Shown here piece by piece: positions 7,791 through 15,264 of a stretch of 58,396 nt of DNA. Position 1 is the stretch's first letter; the number at the start of each line of letters is the position of its first letter. A model generated the notes under the pieces. That model searched no databases and was not told the origin of the DNA. It worked only from the letters and a program-made list of their open reading frames with translations. This DNA comes from Vicinamibacteraceae bacterium. Its GTDB lineage: Bacteria > Acidobacteriota > Vicinamibacteria > Vicinamibacterales > UBA8438. The stretch covers positions 1-58,396 of the forward strand of contig JAAXGX010000001.1 of NCBI GenBank assembly GCA_012271165.1, written 5' to 3'. The translations under genes and the position numbers were made by a program.

Positions 7791-9536
7791 ATGAGGCTGG
7801 CATCCGGGCGTTCGGCGAATCGGCAGGTCGGCGCGGCGGCCGGACTCTTCGTGGCGGGGCTGGCGCTCGCCGCCGGCGGGCCCGCGGGCCAGGCGCAGCA
7901 GCAGGCGCAGGGCCACGGCTACAGCCGGCCGGCCCGCAGCCCGCACGGCAGCCGGTCCGAGGTGATCGCGCCGCACGGGATGGTGGCGGCCAGCCAGCCG
8001 CTCGCCGCCCAGGTCGGCCTCGACATCCTCAAGGCCGGCGGGAACGCGGTCGACGCGGCGGTCGCCGTCAACGCCGTGCTGGGCCTGGTGGAGCCGCACA
8101 TGAACGGCGTCGGCGGCGACCTGTTCGCCTTGGTGTGGCACGCCGAGACCGAGCAGCTCTACGCCCTGAACGCGACCGGCCGCGCGCCGCACGCCATCAG
8201 CCGTGAGACGCTCGTCCGCCAGGGCTACGAGCGGATGCCGGGCGACGGTCCGCTCACCTGGACCGTGCCCGGCGCGGTCGACGGCTGGCAGGAGCTCCTG
8301 GACCGCTTCGGCACGCTGCCGCTGGCCGACGTGCTGGCCCCGGCCATCGCCTACGCCCGCAACGGCTTCCCGGTCAGCGAGATCATCGCCGGCCAGTGGA
8401 ACGCCGCGGCGACGGCGCTGGCCGAGTGGCCCGACTCGGCCGCCACCTACCTGCCCGGCGGGCGGGCGCCCCTCCCCGGCGACGTGTTCCGCAACCCGCG
8501 CCTCGCCGCCACCTACGAGGCCGTGGCGGAGGGCGGCCGCGACGCGTTCTACCGCGGCGACATCGCCCGCCGCATCGTGGCGTTCAGCGAAGGCAACGGC
8601 GGCTACTTCACGCTGGCCGACTTCGAGGACCACACGTCCGTCTGGGTCGAGCCGGTCACCACGAACTACCGCGGCTACGACGTGTGGGAGGTTCCTCCCA
8701 ACAGCTCCGGCATCCTCGCGCTGATGATCCTGAACCTGATGGAGGGCTACGACATCGCCGCGCTCGGCCACAACAGCGCCGACGCCCTGCACCTGTTCGC
8801 CGAGGCGAAGAAGCTGGTCTGGGCCGACCGCGACACCTACGTGGCCGACGCCGACGCCAACCCGCTGCCGACGCGCCAGCTCATCTCGAAGCCGTACGCG
8901 GAGGCGCGGCGCAAGCTGATCGATCCCGAGCGGGCCGCGACCACGGTCACGCCCGGCCGGCCGTTCGAGCAGAGCGAGACCGTCTACCTCACGGTGGTCG
9001 ACAAGGACCGCAACGCCGTCTCGTTGATAGAGAGCATCTTCGGCAGCTTCGGCTCCAAGGTCGTGCCCGGCGACGTCGGCTTCGCCCTGCAGAACCGCGG
9101 CAGCGGCTTCTCGCTGGAGGAGGGCCACCTCAACGCGCTCGCGCCGCACAAGCGCTCGCTGCACACCAACATGCCCGGCTTCGTGACCCGCAACGGCGAG
9201 CCGTTCCTGTCGTTCGGCGTCATGGGCGGCCCGATGCAGCCGCAGGGGCACTGGCAGGTGCTGTCGAACATCATCGACTTCGGGATGAACCTGCAGGAGG
9301 CCGGCGACGCGGCGCGGCTGCGCCACCTCCCGAGCTACCGCCCGGGCGGCACCCTGGCCGTCGAGCCGGGCATCTCGGACGCGGCCGTCGCCGAGCTGCG
9401 GCGCCGCGGCCACCACGTCGTGCGGGCCGGCGGCGGCGGCATGGGCGGCTACCAGGCGATCATGATCAACCCCGAGACCGGCATGCTGCACGGCGGGACC
9501 GACCCGCGCAAGGACGGCCAGGTGGTGGGGTACTGA
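7791..9536 (+). CDS. ggt: Gamma-glutamyltransferase
   Basis: GGNAVDAAVA, TVPGAVDGW, catalytic Thr in ETVYLTVVD, GVMGG, DPRKDG; signal peptide; AGGAG SD. Confidence 0.93.
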   Translation: MRLASGRSANRQVGAAAGLFVAGLALAAGGPAGQAQQQAQGHGYSRPARSPHGSRSEVIAPHGMVAASQPLAAQVGLDILKAGGNAVDAAVAVNAVLGLVEPHMNGVGGDLFALVWHAETEQLYALNATGRAPHAISRETLVRQGYERMPGDGPLTWTVPGAVDGWQELLDRFGTLPLADVLAPAIAYARNGFPVSEIIAGQWNAAATALAEWPDSAATYLPGGRAPLPGDVFRNPRLAATYEAVAEGGRDAFYRGDIARRIVAFSEGNGGYFTLADFEDHTSVWVEPVTTNYRGYDVWEVPPNSSGILALMILNLMEGYDIAALGHNSADALHLFAEAKKLVWADRDTYVADADANPLPTRQLISKPYAEARRKLIDPERAATTVTPGRPFEQSETVYLTVVDKDRNAVSLIESIFGSFGSKVVPGDVGFALQNRGSGFSLEEGHLNALAPHKRSLHTNMPGFVTRNGEPFLSFGVMGGPMQPQGHWQVLSNIIDFGMNLQEAGDAARLRHLPSYRPGGTLAVEPGISDAAVAELRRRGHHVVRAGGGGMGGYQAIMINPETGMLHGGTDPRKDGQVVGY

Positions 9537-9548
9537 CGAGCGAGCCTT

Positions 9549-9710
9549 CTACTCGACGTCGATCCGGACCCGTTCCGCGAGCTGCAGTTCGTCGAGGATC
9601 TGGCGCAGGTCCGCCAGGAGCCCGTCGGTTCCCGTGCCGTCGGCCGTGAGATTGAAGGTGACACCCACCTTCAGATCGCGGCCCATGCGGAGCCTGGGCA
9701 GCAACCTCGA
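9549..9710 (-). pseudogene. C-terminal fragment resembling DUF499-family ATPases
   Basis: Manual translation RLLPRLRMGRDLKVGVTFNLTADG..LADLRQILDELQLAERVRIDVE-stop; family assignment is from recall only. Confidence 0.4.
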
Positions 9711-9866
9711 TGATCTCGTCGAGATCGAGCACGTCGACGAGCAGTGGCGACTGCTTGGCCACGATGATCTGCCGGTCGACCGCGAGCGCCTTGATCATGC
9801 TGCCAACCAGCGCGATGGCGGCCGGGTGCAACCCAAGCTCGGGCTCGTCCAGCAGCAGATCAGCTC
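9706..9866 (-). pseudogene. AAA_21/ABC-type ATPase internal fragment (Walker B region)
   Basis: LLLDEPELGLHP and QIIVAKQSPLLVD present; no Walker A. Confidence 0.7.
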
Positions 9867-9894
9867 GACCGCTGAACATCTTCCTGCCCGCGGC

Positions 9895-10420
9895 TGAGAT
9901 CCCGACTCCCGAGGGCCAGCGCGAACCGACCGACGGCGACACCGGCGACGCTGACCCGTTCGCGGCGCTCAAGGCGGATCTCGCGAAGCTCCGCGGCGGC
10001 GTGGCTCTCGTTGAAACGATGGCGGGCGGCTACTCGGACAAGGGCGGCCGGCCGGATTTGGACTGGAAGCCGCGGCGGATCGGCGCTGACCCGCCGGCGG
10101 CCCTGAATGAGATCCGGACCGCGGCGGCGCTGACCGTGTTCGGCGCGTGCGGCGTACCGCCTTCGCTGTTCACGCTCCCGGCCGATGGCACGGGCCAGCG
10201 CGAAGCCTGGCGGCGGTTCCTGCACGGCTCGGTGTCGCCCGTGGCGCGGCTGGTCGAGGCCGAGCTGCGGGACAAGCTCGATGTGCCGGACCTGGCGCTG
10301 AGCTTCGATGGGTTGTAGGCGGCAGACCTGCAGGGCAGGGCGCGGGCCTGGCGCTCGCTGGTGGGTCCCGAGGCCAAGATCGACGCGACTGAGGCGAGAC
10401 GGCTCGCGGGGCTATCGTGA
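9895..10420 (+). pseudogene. Probable phage portal protein C-terminal fragment with in-frame stop
   Basis: VFGACGVPPSLF, VSPVARLVEAELRDKL, then TAG 10316-10318 and in-frame continuation AADLQGRARA..EARRLAGL to TGA 10420. Confidence 0.6.
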
Positions 10421-10494
10421 ATGAGTTGCAAGCGGCTGCCACCTGGCGACTGCGCGGCGGGCGACGTGCGCGGCGCTGCTGGCGGGGCTAAGCA

Positions 10495-10773
10495 TCAACC
10501 ATCGCCACTGTCGTGGCTATCGGCGTGGTCACCGTCGTCGTGGTCATCATCGGCGTGGTCATCATCGGCGTGGTCACCGCCACCGTCGGTCTCATCAACG
10601 AAGCGGGTGACGGTGTCGGACGCCTTGAGGCTGGCCGCTAGGGCACTGGCTGCCGCGAGTGTTGGAACCGTCCAGACCATCTCGCCGATCAGAGCTGCCG
10701 CCGTGTACGAGGGAACGAGGATGATCGCGACACGTACACATGCAAGGCGGTCAATGGTGAACGGGAACCGCAT
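10495..10773 (-). CDS. Small hypothetical protein with Asp/His-rich tail
   Basis: Hydrophobic N-half and a DHADD-type repeat tail encoded by 15-bp tandem repeats. Confidence 0.35.
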   Translation of the reverse strand: MRFPFTIDRLACVRVAIILVPSYTAAALIGEMVWTVPTLAAASALAASLKASDTVTRFVDETDGGGDHADDDHADDDHDDGDHADSHDSGDG

Positions 10774-10788
10774 CGATGCCAGGCGGGC

Positions 10789-11013
10789 CTAGTGATGCAT
10801 CCAGGCGGGGCTCAGGAAGTGCTGCGAGCAGTACGGACGGCCAGTGTGCCTGTGACGTTCGCCAGTCCTCCGGTCAACGTGCGTGCAATCGCTCCTCCGC
10901 ACGTTGCCGGGGTGTGCGTCCAGGCGAACGTCGGGCGTGCCCATCAGGCCGATGACGAAGGTTGCTGCAAGTGCCCACGCGATCCGCTTGATGGTTCTCC
11001 TCTTCGGTTGCAT
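10789..11013 (-). CDS. Small secreted YHYH-like protein
   Basis: Signal peptide then AHPG...DCTHVDRRTGERHRH, resembling the AHxG..C.H...TG.YHxH pattern. Confidence 0.5.
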   Translation of the reverse strand: MQPKRRTIKRIAWALAATFVIGLMGTPDVRLDAHPGNVRRSDCTHVDRRTGERHRHTGRPYCSQHFLSPAWMHH

Positions 11014-11015
11014 CG

Positions 11016-11078
11016 GTGCTGACATAGTGCTGACACGCAACGGACGGCCGAGATTCTAATCCCCGTAAATCATTGATT
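11016..11078. promoter_or_regulatory. Residual att arm: 9-bp direct repeats and IHF site next to the tRNA-Pro 3' end
   Basis: GTGCTGACA at 11016 and 11027 (11-bp period); AATCAATGATTTA on the minus strand at 11066-11078 matches WATCAANNNNTTR. Confidence 0.6.
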
Positions 11079-11082
11079 TTAT

Positions 11083-11159
11083 TGGTCGGGATGACTGGAT
11101 TTGAACCAGCGACCCCCTGACCCCCAGTCAGGTGCGCTACCAGACTGCGCCACATCCCG
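11083..11159 (-). tRNA. tRNA-Pro(GGG)
   Basis: CGGGATG/CATCCCG acceptor stem, CCTGA-CTGGGGG-TCAGG anticodon arm, GGTTCAAATCC T arm, encoded CCA. Confidence 0.97.
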
Positions 11160-11168
11160 ACGTCCGTC

Positions 11169-11696
11169 CTACGCCGTCCGACGCTTGCGTTTGGCTGTCG
11201 TCTTCGCCGCGGCCGCCTTGCCCCGCGCCGACTTGCCGCGCGGCTTCTTGCCGGCGGCGGGCGCCTTGCTCCGGCGTGCCGGCTCCGCCGCTGCGGCAAC
11301 CGGGACCGGGACCGGCTCGCTCGCGCCGTTGCCCGCCAGCATCTCCAGGACCGCCTGCAACCCTTGCTTGACCGCCGCCAGCTTCTGCCGGACGTCGGCG
11401 CCCAGCGTGTCCTCGAGCGGCAGCTCGGGCCGGGGCAGGTCCTCGTCCCGCCCCCCTTCCAGCTTCTTCCGCGCGGCGCCGAGGGTCAAGCCCTCGCCGA
11501 AGACGAGCTCCTTGATCTGTACGACGAGCTCGACGTCGGACCGGCCGTAGACGCGGGCGCCCTTCGCGTTCTTCTTGCCGCAGAGCGCCGGAAACTCGGC
11601 TTCCCACGACCTCAGCACGTACGGCGGCACCCCGGCGATTGCACAGACCTCCGCGGGCCTGAACGACGTGCGCTTCGGAATCTCCGCGGGGGCCAT
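11169..11696 (-). CDS. MerR-family HTH regulator
   Basis: FRPAEVCAIAGVPPYVLRSWEAEFP, GARVY, EGLTLGAARKKL; familiar MerR / tRNA-Pro(GGG) linkage. Confidence 0.88.
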   Translation of the reverse strand: MAPAEIPKRTSFRPAEVCAIAGVPPYVLRSWEAEFPALCGKKNAKGARVYGRSDVELVVQIKELVFGEGLTLGAARKKLEGGRDEDLPRPELPLEDTLGADVRQKLAAVKQGLQAVLEMLAGNGASEPVPVPVAAAAEPARRSKAPAAGKKPRGKSARGKAAAAKTTAKRKRRTA

Positions 11697-11762
11697 CGTC
11701 CCAGGAAAACCCGCCGATTATACCACTGCCCTTGCTCCCGCTCCGGACCCGTCCGCACCGTT

Positions 11763-13157
11763 CTACCGCGCAGGTGGCTGTCTGCGCGGCGGCCGCCGGG
11801 CCCGCACCTGCAGGCGGATGGGCGTGCCGAGGAAGCCGAACGCCTCGCGGAAGCGGTTCTTCAGGAAGCGCTCGTACGAGAAGTGCAGCCGCGAGGTGGT
11901 GTTCGTGAAGATGAGGAATCGCGGCGGGCCCGCGGCCACCTGCGTGCCGTAGTAGATCTTCACGTCGTGCTTGCCGGGGCTGCGGGGCGGGTTGCGCCGC
12001 GTGGCGCGTTCCAGCACGCGGTTGACGTCGGGCGTCGAGACGTGCGCGGCCCGCGCCCGGGCGACCTCCCGTACCATCTCGACCAGCTTCGGCGCACGGG
12101 CGCCCGTGAGGGCCGAGACGCGCACGATGGGCGCGAACTCCGCGAACTTCAGCGCGTCGCGCAGCTCCGCGTCGAACTGCTTGGCGAAGTCGTCGCGCTG
12201 CTTGACGAGGTCCCACTTGTTGGCGGCGATGACGATGCCGCAGCCGGCGCGCTCGGCTTCCCCGGCAATGACCGCATCCTGGCGCGCAACCGGACCGGAT
12301 GCGTCGACCACCAGCACGACGACGTCGGCCCTCGCGATGGCCCGCCGGGCGACCGTCACGCTCACCTGCTCGACCTGCCCGCTGCTCGCCACGCGGCCCG
12401 GACGACGGATGCCCGCCGTGTCGACCAGACGCAGCGGCTGGCCGTGCCACGTGATCAGGGTATCGACGGCGTCCCGCGTGGTGCCGGCCGTGTCGCTGAC
12501 GAGCACGCGCTCCGCGCGCGCCAGCAGGTTGACGAGCGACGACTTGCCCACGTTCGGACGGCCGATGATCGCGACCCGGATCTCGTCGGGCCGATCCGGC
12601 CGATCCGGCCGCACCGCCGCCGCGTCCGCGCGCTGCCCGCCGGGCAGCCGGCTCACGGCTGCATCCAGCAGGTCACCGACCCCCAGGCCATGCTCGGCGG
12701 CGATGGATACGAGCGGCGTGATGCCCAGGGCATGGAACTCGTCCACGCGTCCGGCCGCCTGCCGGTCGTCCACCTTGTTCACCGCCAGCACCACCGGTCC
12801 GCCGGCGCACCGCGCGCGCTCGGCCACCTCGCGATCGGCGGGCACGAGGCCGTCGCGGCCGTCGACCAGCAGCACGACGAGATCGGCGGCCTCGAGCGCG
12901 CGGAGCCCCTGCTCCGACACCGACTGCTGCAGCGGGTCGGTGCTGGCCCCGAACAGCCCGCCGGTGTCGATCAGCTCGAACGTCGTGCCGAGCCAGTCGG
13001 CCTGCGCCGTGATGACGTCGCGCGTCGTGCCGGCAACCGGCGTCACGATCGCGCGCCGGGCCCCGCAGATCCGGTTGAACAGCGTCGATTTTCCGACGTT
13101 GGGACGTCCGACGAGCACGACCGATCGGTCACGGCGCGTTCTGGCGGCTGGCGGCAT
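11763..13157 (-). CDS. der: Ribosome biogenesis GTPase Der (EngA)
   Basis: Two G domains (GRPNVGKS twice, DTGG/DTAG, NKVD/NKWD) and KH-like C-terminus. Confidence 0.97.
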   Translation of the reverse strand: MPPAARTRRDRSVVLVGRPNVGKSTLFNRICGARRAIVTPVAGTTRDVITAQADWLGTTFELIDTGGLFGASTDPLQQSVSEQGLRALEAADLVVLLVDGRDGLVPADREVAERARCAGGPVVLAVNKVDDRQAAGRVDEFHALGITPLVSIAAEHGLGVGDLLDAAVSRLPGGQRADAAAVRPDRPDRPDEIRVAIIGRPNVGKSSLVNLLARAERVLVSDTAGTTRDAVDTLITWHGQPLRLVDTAGIRRPGRVASSGQVEQVSVTVARRAIARADVVVLVVDASGPVARQDAVIAGEAERAGCGIVIAANKWDLVKQRDDFAKQFDAELRDALKFAEFAPIVRVSALTGARAPKLVEMVREVARARAAHVSTPDVNRVLERATRRNPPRSPGKHDVKIYYGTQVAAGPPRFLIFTNTTSRLHFSYERFLKNRFREAFGFLGTPIRLQVRARRPPRRQPPAR

Positions 13158-13187
13158 GGCGGCGGCTGGACGCGGCTGGCGCGTCGC

Positions 13188-13217
13188 TTGACACCTGTAA
13201 ATTATAGTACCTATGAT
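13188..13217 (+). promoter_or_regulatory. Promoter of the HU/IHF gene, overlapping a divergent -10 box for der
   Basis: TTGACA-N18-TATGAT; TATAAT on the minus strand at 13201-13206. Confidence 0.65.
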
Positions 13218-13246
13218 GCTTAGGTAGCGTCAGGAGCACATGCGTC

Positions 13247-13519
13247 ATGATCAAGGTCGACATCGTCAACGAGGTATCGACGGCCGCCGACATCACGAAG
13301 GTCAAGGCCGAGGTTGCGGTGGACGCCGTGTTCGATGCCATGCGGATGTCGATGCAACGAGGAGATCGGATCGAGCTCCGGGGCTTCGGCGTCTTCCAGG
13401 TGAAGCCGCGCAAGCGGGGCATCGGCCGCAATCCGCGCACCGGCAAGGAAGTCCGCATTCCGCCCGGCCGCACGATCCGCTTCAAGCCGGGCAAGGAGCT
13501 CCAGGCCATCGGAGGCTGA
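13247..13519 (+). CDS. HU/IHF family DNA-binding protein
   Basis: IELRGFGVF, GRNPRTG, FKPGKEL. Confidence 0.95.
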   Translation: MIKVDIVNEVSTAADITKVKAEVAVDAVFDAMRMSMQRGDRIELRGFGVFQVKPRKRGIGRNPRTGKEVRIPPGRTIRFKPGKELQAIGG

Positions 13520-13535
13520 CCCGGAGACCCGCCAT

Positions 13536-14519
13536 TTGTCCTTCGACAGCCCCGACCGGCCGCTTCCCACACCCGCCGGCTGGCCGGTTCCGGAGTCCGC
13601 CGCACAGTCGCCGCAGCCTGTCGCGCAGCCGCGCCGGCGCACGCGCCCCCTGATCCACCTGCTGCTCTTCCTGGGCACGCTGGTGACCACGATGGCGGCG
13701 GGCATCGGCCACTACGCCGGGTTCGCCGGCGACTTCAACGAGATTCCGGACCTCTCGCTCGCGCTGATCCCCTACGGCGCCTGGTACAGCCTGACCATCC
13801 TGGCCATTCTGGGCACGCACGAATTCGGGCACTACTTCGCCTGCCGCTACTACGGCATCGACGCGTCGCTGCCCTATTTCCTGCCGGCGCCGCTGCCCCT
13901 GACCGGTACCGTGGGGGCCGTCATCCGCATCCGCCAGCCGATCCCGACCAAGCGCATGCTGTTCGACGTCGGCGCCGCCGGCCCGATTGCGGGCTTCGTC
14001 GTTGCCGTGCCGGCGCTCTTCCTGGGACTGCGGCTGTCGCGGGTGGTGCCGCTGCCGGAGGACTTCGTCGGCATGGAGCTCGGCGAGCCGCTGCTCTTCC
14101 AGCTGGCCGCGTGGATGGTGTGGGGCGAGGCGCCGACCGGCCATTCGATCAACCTGCATCCGATGGGCCTCGCCGCCTGGCTGGGGCTGCTCATCACCGC
14201 GCTCAACCTGTTCCCGGTCGGGCAGCTCGACGGTGGACACATCGCGTACGCCGCGCTCGGACGCCGGTCCACGGCCGTCAGCCTGGGCACGGCCGCGGCC
14301 GTCGTCGGCCTCGCCTTCTTCTCGATGAGCTGGGTGATCTGGGCGGCGCTCGTCATCGCCATGATCGTGTTCCTGGGTCCCCGCCATCCGCGCACCGCCG
14401 ACGAGGACGTGCCGCTCGACCGCAACCGCCAGTGGGTCGCCCTCGCGACGGCCGCCATCTTCGTCCTCTGCTTCACGCCCGCGCCGATCGAGGTGCTCGA
14501 CCTGGTGCCGGAACCCTGA
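13536..14519 (+). CDS. Site-2 protease (M50) family membrane metalloprotease
   Basis: HEFGH, AGPIAG, NLFPVGQLDGGH, several TM helices. Confidence 0.92.
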   Translation: MSFDSPDRPLPTPAGWPVPESAAQSPQPVAQPRRRTRPLIHLLLFLGTLVTTMAAGIGHYAGFAGDFNEIPDLSLALIPYGAWYSLTILAILGTHEFGHYFACRYYGIDASLPYFLPAPLPLTGTVGAVIRIRQPIPTKRMLFDVGAAGPIAGFVVAVPALFLGLRLSRVVPLPEDFVGMELGEPLLFQLAAWMVWGEAPTGHSINLHPMGLAAWLGLLITALNLFPVGQLDGGHIAYAALGRRSTAVSLGTAAAVVGLAFFSMSWVIWAALVIAMIVFLGPRHPRTADEDVPLDRNRQWVALATAAIFVLCFTPAPIEVLDLVPEP

Positions 14520-14529
14520 AGGGCCGACC

Positions 14530-14949
14530 TCAGGGCAGCCGCAGGCCTTCGAGCTCGGCTGCCAGCGACAGCCGCGAGTCCAGGCAGACGAACGTCAGCG
14601 GCCCGGCGAGCTGCTCCTGCACCACGAGCGCCGCGCCGAGCTGCCCCGCATCGGCGGCGCGCAGGGGATGCCGGGCGAGCAGGGCGTTGGCCCGGGACCG
14701 GACGGCAAGCACGTCGGCCACCTCGTCCCAGCTACCGGCCAGGGCGTCGAACCGCGCGAGCACGTTGCGGCGCTGAGGCCGCGACAGCAGCCCGTCGCGC
14801 GCGCGCCGCTCGATCGCACTCGTGATCTCGGTCCGCGTCCACACCCAGGTAATGATCCGGTCGTCCTCCGACAGCCACCCGCGAACGCGCTGGCTGTCTG
14901 GTTCCGCGACGATCAACGGAACGAGCGCGGAGGCATCCCAGTACCTCAC
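14530..14949 (-). CDS. vapC: PIN-domain toxin (VapC-like)
   Basis: YWDASALV, E, LRAADA, FVCLD..L..AA..EG. Confidence 0.88.
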   Translation of the reverse strand: MRYWDASALVPLIVAEPDSQRVRGWLSEDDRIITWVWTRTEITSAIERRARDGLLSRPQRRNVLARFDALAGSWDEVADVLAVRSRANALLARHPLRAADAGQLGAALVVQEQLAGPLTFVCLDSRLSLAAELEGLRLP

Positions 14950-15227
14950 AGCCTGTCCGCCCGGTCGTCGGCCAGAGACTCCGAGAGACGTACCGGCAGC
15001 GCCAGCGGCTCCGCGTCGAGCAGCGCCGCCGCGCCGCCCTTGCCCGGCCGGAGCAGCCCCGCGCCGATCAACCGCGTCCGCACTCCCTCATCGTCGCCGG
15101 CCGCGGGAGGCACCAGCCTGGCCACGGGTGCACCCCGGTCGAGAACCTCCACCTCATTGCCCCGGCGCACCTCGCGGAGATAACGGGACAGGTTCGCCTT
15201 CAGCTCCGATATCGATGCGGTCGTCAT
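14946..15227 (-). CDS. Phd/YefM family antitoxin
   Basis: SISELKANLSRYLREVRRG.EV.V.DRG.PVARLVP; 4-bp overlap with the toxin gene. Confidence 0.9.
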   Translation of the reverse strand: MTTASISELKANLSRYLREVRRGNEVEVLDRGAPVARLVPPAAGDDEGVRTRLIGAGLLRPGKGGAAALLDAEPLALPVRLSESLADDRADRL

Positions 15228-15234
15228 CGTGGCC

Positions 15235-15263
15235 AGTATGGTCTTCAGCTAGAGATCAATCAA
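15235..15263 (-). promoter_or_regulatory. Probable leaderless promoter of the TA operon
   Basis: TTGATT-N17-CATACT, 7 nt before the ATG. Confidence 0.65.
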
Positions 15264-15264
15264 G

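Noticed and set aside
9537-9720. Second att copy of the tRNA-Pro 3' end
   Set aside because: I did not find TGGTCGGGATGA or a close variant here by eye, so no bounded intact island can be called
3163-11159. One single island running from the integrase to tRNA-Pro
   Set aside because: The 8-bp repeat and the split gene delimit the integrase element at 6807; the hydrolase N-half and ggt look like host genes
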